A stretch of DNA of 64,000 nt from Octopus sinensis (GCF_006345805.1 NC_043000.1:61690001-61754000), one strand, 5' to 3'; positions 26,000 to 38,359 are shown, counted from the stretch's first letter. The notes: a model not told the origin generated them from the sequence alone. Numbers and translations: made by a program.

Positions 26000-26470
26000 C
26001 CATTTCCATTAATATATAATCATAATTAGCTAGTAGGTGGTGATTATTTTAATGAGTTGAATTAAAAGAAAATCTTAGACATAATACTTACTAACCGTGG
26101 AAAAAAAACATTATTAATTTAGTTCATATATTAGGAGTCAATAAGATATATTCAAAAAAATAATGGAAGGGAAGTAATCAAGATGAACTAAATAATTTCT
26201 CTAGATATATAGAATTCTTTGTGATTATTTCATCTTTAAATATCCCTATTTCCATTAATATAGAATCATAATTAGCTAGTAAATGGTGATTTATTTTATT
26301 AATGAGTCGAATTAAAAGAATATGTTAGACATAATATTTACTACCCGTGGAGAAAAAAAAACTTTATCAATTAAGTGAATATATCAGGAGTCAATAATAT
26401 ATATTAAAAAATAATGGAAGGGAGGCAATCAAGATGAAGCAAGAAAATGTCCCTAGATATATAGAATTTC
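26000..26470. repeat. Diverged tandem duplication of a ~245-bp unit
   Basis: CCATTTCCATTAATAT...ATTAGCTAGTA...CCGTGGA...GGAGTCAATAA...ATGGAAGGGA...CTAGATATATAGAATT occurs at ~26000-26225 and ~26245-26470. Confidence 0.9.
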
Positions 26471-27307
26471 ATCTTTCCAATATAGGAGAGTATTAAAAAA
26501 ATCCTAATTTCATATATTCAGATTTATATATATATATATATAATGAAGTTTTTTAGTAATCTATGCAGGTTGAATAAAAGCTATCATGGTATATGAATGT
26601 TTATTTGGTTATAAAATATTAGGATTTGAAAATTCAGGAATGGTCAGAATGCTATTACTTAAAATATTTAAACATACGTGTAGCACTATGTATGCAAGAT
26701 AGTTCCAGTTCGGAACGGTTATTCAATAAGTTTGTATTATTCCTATGTTTTAAAATTTCATGTGTCTCCATAGATGAAATATCTAGATTTGACATACAGA
26801 TGATACTGTTATAGTATGTACTCTGCAGTTGGTAGAATTGGATAGAAAAAACAATCTGCGTAAAAGGTAGTGAAATACTCGAGGAGAGCTATATTGATGC
26901 TCTTCTAGAGAAAAGAACAAACACGTTTAATGGGACGCAAGCCGAATACATACATTCACCAACAATTTTTAACCATCCAGTTGCTTGTTTATAGATGTAT
27001 TAAAGTGCTATAATTTTGACGGCAATATATTTTACACGCACGTGTACACATAAAAATGCATACACATACGCACTATATCTACATCTATCTATCTATACAC
27101 ACACACACAAACACACACGTAATACACATATGCATGCATGCACCTCATATATATTTACGTATACCTCAGTGTGTGTTTTATGTGTGCACACAGAGAGCGA
27201 GGAAAGAGGACATTGTGTGTTATATATAACGTTTCTTTCTTTGTGCCTATTGTGATGGTAGTCCAATATATAATGGTGATAATTATCATTCTTACATTCA
27301 AGTCTAC

Positions 27308-27320
27308 GTTATATGGCAAC
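27308..27320. promoter_or_regulatory. RFX X-box-like motif
   Basis: GTTATATGGCAAC has a perfect ATGGCAAC half-site; a second weaker site GTTACCATTGTAAT lies at 27849-27862. Confidence 0.35.
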
Positions 27321-27490
27321 AAGACGCCTTTTCAATAGTCACGTGTCTTTACACCAATAATATTAGTTTTTGGCATAAGTTTTATGCAGACAACTATTTA
27401 AGCAGATTTTAGTTGAATATACATAAACAATTTTCATGATTGGTGGTATTATGCATTCAGAAGTTTTCTTTGAAAGTGCAATTGACTCAC

Positions 27491-27751
27491 TGGAACGAAG
27501 AAGTCTTCAATTTAGATATAATTGAATAACCAAATGAATGAGCAGAAAACATGTATACTGAGGTTCAGATAATATATCTAGCTTCGAATTCGCCGTCTCT
27601 GTTCACGAATACAAAATTAAATATAATGATAAATATATATTTGAATTTCTTTTTTAGTAGTTCATATTCTATCTACAAAATCTATAATTCTTTGAAGTTC
27701 GACTTTTTCTCTCATTTTCCGTCTTTTCTTACTCGTTTCCTTTTCCGCCAT
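27491..27751 (-). CDS. Candidate first two coding exons of an unknown minus-strand gene
   Basis: ATG inside YY1 motif AAAATGGCGG. Exon 27751-27733 (MAEKET, donor GTAAGA) joins in phase to 27557-27491 (IYMFSAHSFGYSIISKLKTSSF, donor CA|GTGAGT). The second acceptor is weak. Confidence 0.4.
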
Positions 27752-28496
27752 TTTCTTCGATCATCTTCTTCTCCCTTCTCCTCTCCCCCTCTCTCTGTAT
27801 CTATTTCAGTCTCTCGTTGGAAATTTTGTTTATAAAAGACGCTGGCTTGTTACCATTGTAATTAACGTTTTAACGTCCATACTAAGGCGTTGTTTTGAAT
27901 GAAATCTGTGATTATTCCAACAGATTTACTGAAATATTGAAGTAATACATCACTATTTCAAAGATGTTTTACTAGATAGCAAAAGATAATCCGCTGATTT
28001 TATTTATATTTTGTATTTCTAGTTTTACTATTAGGTAGTGAATAAGATGACTCCTTAGAGTATAAAATGTCTTATGATATTTCTTCCGATTCACTGTGAT
28101 CTGAGTTCTTATCCCACTGATATCAACTTTGCCTCGCATTCATTCCTTTGTGTCCGACAAAAAGTTCGATAAAATATGATAGGCTCAAGTGGTTAGTTGG
28201 AGCAATTGTTAGAGCGTGGAGGTGATGCTTTTACTGAAATACTGAAGTAATATGATACTTCTTCAAAGATGCTAGTTTTGGTGCATCCGTTCCAGTTATC
28301 TGCATTGTAAGTTCAAATTCCACGAAATCGCCGAAAAGTATTGACGCTTCAGTAAAGATTTACAACCGTCGGATAGTATCAGCAAGTTGATTCGCTTTAC
28401 ACGATGTTAATTTTTGGATATTTTGATTTTTGAGCATATTTTCTGCATGGAAAACATAACAGCTAACTTCTATGTTTTCATTATCATTTATTTCAG

Positions 28497-28559
28497 TCGT
28501 TCGACAGCAGTCACGGTGGAGCACAACCTCGAAGTGTTTTATCGATGAAAACAACCACA
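28497..28559 (+). other. Candidate 63-nt exon
   Basis: GCTAAC branch site, acceptor TTCTATGTTTTCATTATCATTTATTTCAG|, donor ACA|GTAATT; open in two frames (SFDSSHGGAQPRSVLSMKTTT or VRQQSRWSTTSKCFIDENNH). Confidence 0.4.
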
Positions 28560-28579
28560 GTAATTATTTTCGAAGTCTA

Positions 28580-28860
28580 TCCCTCATTCTCTGGTTCCTT
28601 TTGTCGAACTGTTAAGTTACGCAAATAAAATCAACACCAGTTGTCGCCCACTAGGGCAAGACAAACATAAAAGCAAAGACGCACACAGACACACACACAT
28701 ATACATATATGACGGCTTCCACTCAGCTTCCATCCACAGAATTTACTCATAAGCGATTGATCTGCACGGCACCATGCGAGTGACAGCTGCAAGAGATGTT
28801 GCGTGGTGGGACTGAACATTTAACCGCGAGGCTACAAAGCAAGATTCTTGTCCACATATT
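28580..28860 (-). mobile_element. Degenerate SINE family B
   Basis: Diverged reverse copy of 60355-60792. Confidence 0.65.
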
Positions 28861-28940
28861 GATACCTGTGCATATAAATCTTTCTAATGCTTATTTACAG
28901 AGATGTACTTTAATGTGCACATTATGTATCAACGGGTAAA

Positions 28941-29271
28941 GGCGCATGGCTCAGTGGTTAGAGCGTCGAGCTTAGGGTCGTGAGGTTGTGAGTTAGAATC
29001 CCGGACCGAGCTGCATGTTGTGTTCTTCAGCAAGAAACTTTATTTCACGTTGCTCCAGTTCACTCAGCTGTAGAAATGAGTTGCGACGCCACAGGTGCCA
29101 AGCTTTATCGACTTTTGCGTTTCCCTTGGATAAGACTGTTGGCTTGGAGAAGGGAGGCCGGTATGCATGGGCGACTGCTTGTCTTCCATAAACAACATTG
29201 CCCGGACTTGTGCCTGGAAGGGTAACGTTCTATGTACAATCCCATGGTCAGTCATGACCAAAGGGGGTCTC
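28941..29271 (+). mobile_element. tRNA-headed SINE family C (CORE-like centre)
   Basis: GGCGCATGGCTCAGTGGTTAGAGCG head, box B-like GAGTTAGAATCCC, GTGTTCTTCAGCAAGAAACTTTATTTCACGTTGCTCCAG; closely similar copy at 55918. Confidence 0.9.
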
Positions 29272-30354
29272 AGCAGTATCAACGGAGTTAGCAATTTTTC
29301 TTCATACATTTAGATATTATATAATTATAACATACTTTTTTCATTTTTATTAGATATTCTGATTTGTAAAGATGTATGTATTGTGGTTTAGCCCAACAGT
29401 GTGCCCGATAGTGCATATTTATAAATGTTGCATAATGTATTTTCTCTGGAATTTTTCTACATATATGTATGCATTTTACATTTTATAACATTTTTGATTG
29501 CCATTTAAAACGAAGATATCTGCTTATGGCATACTGGATTTTATCTTTAAATAGACGCATATATGGAAATATACACGACTAAGAATGATTGTCTTAATTG
29601 GTGTTAGAAATAGACCCAAATTATCTAAGGTGGTGAATGTACAACGCAACATGAAACCAATTGACACAAGGTATCAATTTAATATTTATCATGACGGCAA
29701 TATTCGCATTTCTATTTCTCGAGTATATTCTTCCATCATATAAAATATGCGTACGTGTATAAATATAATATGCATATGTGTATGCGTATTTGTGCATGCA
29801 TATACATACATGCATATATAAATATACATACACACTCAGACCCTACCCACCACATATATATGTGTATTTATACCTTATTTTTCTGTCACGGCAAGATCAA
29901 CAGAATGAGTACTCCATTGAGTACATTGCTTAATGTACACAGTATATAGTTATACACTATTAATACTTTCGTACATTGGAAATGTCTTCCGAACAAGTTT
30001 TTTTTAACATGACTTGTGTCTGCAAGTCATCTTCAGGCATTGGGCACATGGTCTACAATTTACAAGTCAGGACAACAGAACAGGAGAAATCACGAGGAAA
30101 AACGAGAGGAAGAAGGATGCAAAAAGTGTAAGGGTGACACAAACTAATTTCGTGAAAGTCGTTATTCAGTTTTATTTCTAAATTTCTTACCAATAGAGAA
30201 AGTGTCAGTTTTTAACCTAGACCCAAGTGCCTTCAATAGAATTCCAACAACATCAACAGCATTTCTGTATGTATAAATACATGCAGATTTGTATGTTTTG
30301 TTTTGTGTGTTTTTTCACGCTTATATTTGCATATCTAGACTAGTCCATATATAC

Positions 30355-30895
30355 TTAAATGATAAATTTCTGGCAAGTTTTACAGATTTGTACGGTTTCA
30401 GTGATGGCTTGAATCTGTAGTCTTCGAATCAGCTTCGAATCAGCATTCTGGTTTTGAGAAGTCTTGTTTCTAAAGATTGGTATTTAGGCAGTGTTACATA
30501 TCCCATGGGAAATGTGTTACATTTCTAATTACAGTTACAAACCTGAACTTGTGATCTGGATAGAGTAACTGCAGATTTCTCAATAGCTCAGCGTAGGTAT
30601 TCTCTTTTTCACTAATCTTCAGCTTTATGTTAACGTCCGCTGGGCAGCTGATTTCCACAACTGTACACAGTTTCCCTTCTCTATCACAAATCGTCATATC
30701 AGGTCTATTGTGTTTACATTTTATTGAGGTTTTCAGTGGGACATTCCGCCAGTACCCCTTTTCTATTGTGAGTGGTTATGGCTTCTATAGTACTGTGAAA
30801 TTTTATTTATTTGTCCTCGAGGTTATCCTTCCTACGGATCATGTCTCATCAGTACATTATACCGTGATGACATTTGAGAAACAAATTCCTATGAG
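30355..30895 (-). mobile_element. RLE-type (R4/Dong-like) LINE 3' coding fragment
   Basis: Reads SQMSSRYNVLMRHD, YWRNVPLKTSIKCKHNRPDMTICDREGKLCTVVEISCPADVNIKLKISEKENTY, LIRRLQIQAITETVQICKTCQKFII*. This is a PD...D/E...K restriction-like endonuclease; frameshifted. Confidence 0.85.
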
Positions 30896-30999
30896 ATGTA
30901 TGTATGTATGTATGTATGTATGTATGTATGTATGAGACCCTCATGTCGCTCACATATGGGAGTGAGGAGATAAGTCCGTTATATGAACCCCAGTGTTCA

Positions 31000-31370
31000 A
31001 CAATTGGGCAGTGATCATACTAGGGCATCGCCCTGAAATGTTCAAGTGATGTTGATTGACCGCAGTACTTACGTTCTCTTTAGCCAAGCTACTAAATTAC
31101 CGGGGCGTAAATAAAACAACACCAATTTTGAAGTAGTGGAAGGAATTAACACAGTAACAAAGTTACACACGCTCTCATACATATACACACATACATATAT
31201 GGCGAGCTTCCTCACAATTTCTTTCTACCAAATTCAATCACAAAGCATTGCTCGGCTCGGCTCTGCAGAATAATACACCTTCCCGGCGCATTGGAATTGA
31301 AACCAAAATCACGTTGCAGCAAAGTGAGCTATATTCAGCCAAGTTTATGCCTTCGCACAGCCATGCTTTC
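31000..31370 (-). mobile_element. Highly degenerate SINE family B
   Basis: Residual CTACCAAATTCAATCACAAAGCATTG...GGAATTGAAACC. Confidence 0.5.
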
Positions 31371-31744
31371 GTTTACATATGCATAAACTAGGGCTTAGCA
31401 CAGAGACAGTTTTCTCTTGTGAATGGCGTAAGTTGAGGGTAAAGATTAAATCCAATTTCGGCTATTTTTGTTTACACTCCTTTATTCCCACCTTGAATTA
31501 CAATGTCTTTCACTCGCCCGTTTATCTTTATTTGGAAATGCTTCATAAATACGTGTGCACACAAAAACACCCATCCACACACATAAGTGCATATATGCAT
31601 GTACGCATGTAAGTATTTATTATGAATGTATGTATGCCTGTATGTATATACGTACGTATATGCGTAGGTGTGAGTGCGCTTGAATCTGCGCAATATTACG
31701 TAATTTGACTAGGAATTTAGATCTTATAGTAATTAAAGAATCTA

Positions 31745-31807
31745 TTACTACTGCTACTGCTGCTACTACTACTACTACTACTACTTCTATCATTATTATT
31801 ATTATTA

Positions 31808-31843
<36 letters not shown>

Positions 31844-31888
31844 CATTATTATTATTGTTGTTGTTGTTGTTGTTGTTTTTGTTGTTGT
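31745..31888. repeat. (ACT)n-(ATT)n-(GTT)n compound trinucleotide tract
   Basis: Directly visible. Confidence 0.97.
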
Positions 31889-32104
31889 TAACTATTGACT
31901 TCAGTGCACGTATTGCAGACAGTTCTGCGAATTTGGATAAATATTTACTCGAAGCCGTTTTGTTATCGTCTAACTGAGTTTCGTAACAACAAAAGAGTAT
32001 TTTAATAGAACATAGATATTTAAACATTACATACTAGTGAACGGCATGGCAAACACGATATTCAGAAGTGTCTAGAACGGTAGGAATATCATTGAATTCC
32101 TAAA

Positions 32105-32336
32105 GGCGGTGAGCTGGCAGAAACGTTAGCACGCCGGGCGAAATGCTTAGCAGTATTTCGTCTGCCGTTACGTTCTGAGTTCAAATTCCGCCGAGGTCGA
32201 CTTTGCTTTTTACCCTTTCGGGTTCGATAAATTAAGTACCACTTACGCACTGGGGTCGATATAATCGACATAATCCGTTTGTCTGTCCGTGTTTGTCCTC
32301 TCTGTGTTTAGCCCCTTGTGAGTAGTAAATAAATAG
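32105..32336 (+). mobile_element. SINE family A, full-length monomer
   Basis: Near-identical to 9466-9696. Confidence 0.93.
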
Positions 32337-33077
32337 ATATCGTTGAATTCCTGTAAGAAATGTTGCACCCACATGTAAAGTAGGTGCCAGAAAGAAATAT
32401 AGCAACAAATAACAGCAACAAAGTACTGCAGAGCAAAACTAAAGTCTCAATAAAATATGACTAAATCCCTGTTCGGGCTTGTTGCTTTTTGTTTGCCCGC
32501 AGTGCAAACCTAATCTAACGGGTGGATGATCGAAATCATTTTTACAGTATCATGCCCTGTTCAGAAAATTTAAACGTAACCTATTTTAATATTCTACTTC
32601 CTTTCTCAGACTGGGAGCACCTTTTTTTCTCACAGGGTGAGCCAAGGTACAAATTTCCTTGTAAGTTCTCTACAGGTGAGACAGCTTCATTTATTAAGGA
32701 ACTTGTATTTACAGACAAATCAAGTCCACATGGGATGTAATGTGGCTGTTGTTGCACAAAGCCTCCAACATATTCATTGATTGTTAATCAATAAATGTTT
32801 GGAACAACATTTTATTGATTCTATATCTCAGAACTTCCCTTAAACCAAGCTGTAGAATTGGGTGAGCAAAAGAACTAGAATGGGTGCTTGGCATCTGAAG
32901 TGGTTATAATACTTCAAAGCCTTCGACCATTAGATTATACAGTAGGCATTATATGAACCCTTCTAATCTTTCAGCATTTCGCTAGCCTAAGATTAACAAA
33001 GTCTTGAGTAATCTGCTGAATGTTTATTCAAACACAGTATAGATATTTGTTTGAAGGTATGTGTATATGTATGTATG

Positions 33078-33111
<34 letters not shown>

Positions 33112-33339
33112 TGTATGTATGTATGTATGTATGTATGTATGTATGCATGTATGTATGTATTTATGCATGCATGTATGTATGTATTTATGCATGCATGTAT
33201 GCAAGTATATTGTATGTATGTATACATATATATATACATGTTTGTGCATGTGTATTGTGTGTATGCGTGCCTGTGTGTTTGTATGTGTGCCTGTGTATCT
33301 GCATAAGGATAAAGATCTTTCCCGAGCCATATGGACTCA

Positions 33340-33520
33340 TGTGGTAGGTTTCCCTGAACATGACGCCAGTCCATCTCAGCATTACACATTTTTGCCAGTG
33401 GACTGAAGTAACGTGAACTGAAGTCATTTCCTCCGGATCACAATCTGTCGCGTGAGCCAAGAGACTAAACCAGAAATTTATGATCCAAAGTCCAATAACA
33501 TAAACACTGAGCCTCGCGCC
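33340..33520 (-). mobile_element. Degenerate tRNA-headed SINE (similar remnant at ~46170-46340)
   Basis: Minus strand begins GGCGCGAGGCTCAGTGTTT with a decayed CORE-like centre. Confidence 0.5.
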
Positions 33521-34411
33521 TTTACTATATGTATATGCACATGTAAATATATGTATATGTTTGCATACTTATGTATGTACAAATACATATGCATATACGT
33601 ATTTTGTTAAAATTTACAGAAAACAAGAGACGAATACAGGTGAAGGAACAACAAGCAGAAGTCGGGAAGGATAAAAAGATTTTTGACGTTTCGAGCCTAC
33701 GCTCTTCGACAGAAAGGATTAAGAGTTAAAAAAATTAAACAATACCAAAAAACGGAAAGAAAATGAAATGGGGCTGTGAGAGGGTAGGGTTTAGCGTATC
33801 AAGATCCTCAGTAATACTCATTATATTTCTTTTGAAGAATTCTTTTATGTAAACCAATATTAGCTGTAAAGACAGTGTGAAGAAATAATTGGTAGTACTT
33901 TCATTTAGCATCTAATGGATTTACATACGTTTTTATTTGAATAACCCAGCAGGTTAATTGATATAAATATTCCGCTAATTCTTGAAACCATCCTAGTTGA
34001 CTGATAAATGTAACCCCGTCATCTTCATTCCTTTCTTTGTTTATCTATACATACACACACACACACACCTACACACCCACACACCCACACACACACACAC
34101 ATACCGAAACACGCATAAAAACACACAAATATATATATGTATATATGTATGTATATGTATATATACACACACACTTATATAGATATATACAAGCAATAAG
34201 AATAGTGGATATATATGCATACAAATGAGTATGCATACAGATACACGCATACACCCACATACACACATATATGTATGCATATATACATATATTGGCCTGT
34301 TCGCTTAGCCAGCGGGGTGGCGTCATTCGAAGGCTAAAACAATGCGAACGCATTGTGACCAGCGATGTGTAGCAACATCTGATGGTCTGGTCGGTCACGT
34401 GATCACGTGAT

Positions 34412-34478
<67 letters not shown>

Positions 34479-34809
34479 TATATATACGTATGCATATATA
34501 CATGCACATATACATACACACACACACACACCCATTATAAATATTTGACCGTTTAGAAACAATCTTCTTTCCGATGCTGCCACAAGATAAGTCCAGTCTC
34601 TTTGTATTAAAATTTTGTCGGCATCACTTGCATCTGTCAAAATGGAGGTGTTTGCAGGTTATCAAACGGGGAATGATAAAGAAGACACTGGTAAAAATGA
34701 GATAAATAGGAAACTCAAAATAGCTTTCTTCGAGATCTTTTCGATCGTTGTATCTATGAAATATTAATTCTTATCATTATATTTATGAAATATTGTTTTT
34801 AAGCTTTGA

Positions 34810-34995
34810 CACAAGGCCAGCAATTTCTGAGACGGGGCAAGTCAATTACATCGACTATAATACTCAACTGGTATTTCTTTTATCGAGACTGTGGGGATGA
34901 GAGACCAAGTCAACCTCGTTGGCATTTGAACTTAAAACGTACAGAGAGACAAAATGTCGCTAAGCATTTTGCGTGGCTTGTTAAGGATCCTGTCA
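34810..34995 (-). mobile_element. Degenerate SINE family A
   Basis: Reverse of head and centre (ATCGACTATAATACTCAACTGGTATTT...GCTAAGCATTTTG). Confidence 0.7.
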
Positions 34996-35004
34996 GCTCG
35001 ACAT

Positions 35005-35435
35005 ACTCTTTTTACTCTCTTTTACGTGTTTCAGTCATTTGACTGCGGCCATGCTGGAGCACCGCCTTTTGGTCGAGCAAATCGACTCCAGGACCTAATC
35101 TTTCCTACTTATTCTATCGGTATGTTATGTCGAACCGCTAAGTTACGGGGACGTAAATACACCAGCATCGGTTGTCAAGCGATGTTGGGGGACAAACACA
35201 CAAACACAAACACACACACAAACACACACACACACATTATATATATATATATATATACATATACATATGCATATATACGACGGGCTTCTTTTCAGTTTCC
35301 GTATACCAAATCCACTCACAAGTCTTTGGTCGGCCCAAGGCTATAGTAGAAGATACTTGCCCAAGGTGCCACGCAGTGGGACTGATCCCGAAATCATGTG
35401 GTTGGTAAAGTAGCTACTTACAACACAGCCACACT
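35005..35435 (-). mobile_element. tRNA-headed SINE family B with internal microsatellite
   Basis: Reverse complement of 60355-60792. Confidence 0.9.
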
Positions 35436-35464
35436 AATCTTGATTAATTTTGAAATATTTGTTT

Positions 35465-35642
35465 TAATTTTTGGCACAAACCCAGCAATATCGAGATAAA
35501 TCAATAACAGCAAGCCCAGAACTCAACTGGTACTTATTATATCGACTCTGAGAGAAGTAGCAAAGTCAACCTCGGAACGAACCGATGGACGAAATGCCGC
35601 TAAACATTTTGCCCGGCGTGCTGACGATTCTTCCAGTTCTCC
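35465..35642 (-). mobile_element. Degenerate SINE family A
   Basis: GAAATGCCGCTAAACATTTTGCCCGGCGTGCTGACGATTCTTCCAG is the reverse of the family A head. Confidence 0.75.
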
Positions 35643-36351
35643 GTGTTATATTTATGAAATATTAATTGTTTGTTTGTTTTTTTTTTGTAGTACATTCGCC
35701 TTCCCTACTTCCCCCTGTGAAACTGTTAACAGAGATTCGTTCGTCTTGCGAAACATGGAAATGATCGTTTACAACTGTTGTATACTGTCTAGGTTTATTC
35801 GCACCAAAATTTGGCCTTCTAAACCAGTCACTGCAACGCTCAACGAGATGGGCATACTAACTTGCAAGCTACTCAATATTACTGGAAATTTCAATATCAG
35901 TTGAAATTTCCAGTAATATGTTCCCAACAGCGAAATGGTGATAGTTTTCTTTATTGAAATGGATATCGTTACACTACAGCAGCATACGCAGCAGAGGAAA
36001 GAGCACAGTAAACCACCTTGCACAAGTTTGGTTGTACGAAAAAATGAAACAAGAAGCATTAGGATAGCTAATGAACATGAGGAAAGACATTGAATGATAG
36101 TTGATTCGGACCTCTCCTGCAAATTCTATACCTCGCAACAAAATAAAAGTGTGCCAGCCCACTTCTAATGTAGTGCATCGATACTTGACACGAAAGACAT
36201 TCGCTACAGCGATCATTCAGTACAAGCAATGTTGACGTCACATTTTGTATGCGTGTGGGTGCATTACGTTTGTTCAGATCTTTGATTTAATCTTCATTTA
36301 ATGTGCACGTACACTTACACATAACGAGGAACAAATATACAAGCACTCAAT

Positions 36352-36385
<34 letters not shown>

Positions 36386-36923
36386 TAAGCACACGCACTC
36401 ACTCCCACTCACGCACATATATATACGTATACTTTTGCTACATATAAATAACGTGCATAATTTTCTTGCTGCGACATTGTATTATTCGTTTGTTCAAGCA
36501 GCTCATAATTTGCTATTGTCAGGCTTCAGTACCAGATGGTTTGACATCTGTGTTTATCGTGGAGATTTTCCCCATACAAATACTTATCGATACGTTAAAC
36601 AATAACCTCTTAGATATCTGATTTCCATCAGATATATTAACTTCAAAATTGCCATAAAGACATCAAATTAAGATGAAAATTTGTATATTTGATTGGTTTT
36701 TTTATTATTTCTAACTACACTGGCATGAAATAAACACGAAATAGATTGAACATCGTTCTACAGAGACAAAATAATTATTTAATTCCAATCAATAAGTAAA
36801 TATGAAATGGCAGAGAAAATTGAATTTACAGGCATTTTATAAACACGCATAGTAATTACACGCATACATATATCCATATATTCCTCCTTCAGTTCACCCA
36901 AGCATCCATCTATCCATGTACAC

Positions 36924-36960
<37 letters not shown>

Positions 36961-37008
36961 TATAAATATTAATATATATATATATATATATACACACACA
37001 AATACAGC

Positions 37009-37052
<44 letters not shown>

Positions 37053-37056
<4 letters not shown>

Positions 37057-37360
37057 CTTCGGAGAACCTAATATACTCACTAACCTGCTCCGGGTGTCAA
37101 GAGCAGTACATAGGCCAAACAAAAAATGGTTTGCGTAAACGAATGCCCTGCACAGATCCCAGATAAAAATTCCCCAAAACAGAAAAATAGCTTTTAGCCA
37201 ACACATAGATACTTGCGCCAACAAAAAAACACCAAACTTCAGAATTTTCCCCCTCTACCAATTTAGGGACGATACAACCTCGAGACAACGAATAAGTAAA
37301 GAAAATCTCTTTATTACAAAATACAAGCCACTTCTTAACGGGTCTACGACAAACAATTAA
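37053..37360 (+). mobile_element. Penelope-like element GIY-YIG endonuclease fragment
   Basis: CASENLIYSLTCSGCQEQYIGQTKNGLRKRM/LHRSQIKIPQNRKIAFSQHIDTCA...FRIFPLYQF...QRISKENLFITKYKPLLNG; one frameshift. Confidence 0.9.
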
Positions 37361-37482
37361 TATACCTCAACCTTAGAATAAAAGAAAAAAATATATATAC
37401 ACACACAAATACTACACTCAATAGAATCCATTACTAATCAGCCCCTTCATAGCTATATTTACATTCATATTCTCCCTTCTCT

Positions 37483-37722
37483 ATTTTTTCTTCTTCTTCT
37501 TCTTCCTCTTCTTCTTCATCATCATCGTTATCATCATCATCGGCATCATCATCATCGCCACCATCATCACCACCATCTTCTCCTTCTCCTCCTTCTTCTT
37601 CTTCTTCTTCTTCATCATCATCGTTATCATCATCATCGTCGTCATAATCATCACCACCATCACCATCATCGTCATCTTCTCCTTCTCCTTCTCCTTCTTC
37701 TTCTTCTTCTTCTTCTTCTTCT
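37483..37722. repeat. Duplicated compound (TTC)n/(ATC)n low-complexity block
   Basis: Two similar ~110-bp units visible. Confidence 0.95.
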
Positions 37723-37779
37723 CCACCCCCTACCCCTTAAGTTCGTCACTAATGTTTTTAGTATAACACCTACGCTAAT

Positions 37780-38150
37780 TCTATAAAGAAGCCTGTCAAT
37801 ATAAATATTCTCCTGAATTGAACTGAGACTGCCAGCCGCCACTGACCATTCAAAATACGACCATCAGGGCACTCCCAGATTCTCCCACCCCCTTTCCTCA
37901 CCAGCCTTCTCTCTACTACCCTACCAAGAGCTCACAACTACCTCGAACACACAAGTGCAAACAAGGGAGTCAGAGAAAGGCAGAATGCCACTTAAATCTG
38001 AACACTACTATAGAAATATTCTTTTAAAAAAACTTTTCTTCTAATTTTTCTAAATTTAATTATTTAATCGTTACAGTTGAAAAGGTCTCAAAATGACCGA
38101 AACCGGTACTGAAATGTTCACTATAAAATTATTTTAGCATTTTCTATTTT
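37780..38150 (+). mobile_element. Penelope pseudo-LTR downstream of the GIY-YIG fragment
   Basis: Ends with a degenerate hammerhead-like motif CAGTTGAAAAGGTCTCAAAATGACCGAAACCGGTACTG. Confidence 0.55.
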
Positions 38151-38170
38151 TTACTTGTTTTTTCATATAT

Positions 38171-38212
<42 letters not shown>

Positions 38213-38359
38213 TTTATTTATATGTGTGTGTGTTTGTGTATGTATGTATGTATGTATGTATGCATGTATTTGTCGAACAGTCATATTGATGGGGGATAAA
38301 TATGACCTCTCAGTATAGTTATTTCTTGCATCTTTTTTAGAGATTTTTTTAACCACTTT

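Noticed and set aside
28941-29010. tRNA gene-like sequence (also at 55918 and 60355)
   Set aside because: Box A/B are present but there is no complete cloverleaf, and each continues into a SINE body.
29990-30050. Half hammerhead CTGAAGA-TGACTTG...CAAGTCA on minus (similar half at ~47650)
   Set aside because: The GAAA and cleavage-site half is missing, so it cannot form a ribozyme.
4362-32646. Several candidate microexons of 37 nt (4362, ~15715 minus, 32610)
   Set aside because: No sequence similarity among them and different strands; probably coincidence from flexible splice-site picking.
37481-37726. K/E/M-rich 81-aa ORF on the minus strand
   Set aside because: Trinucleotide low-complexity block.
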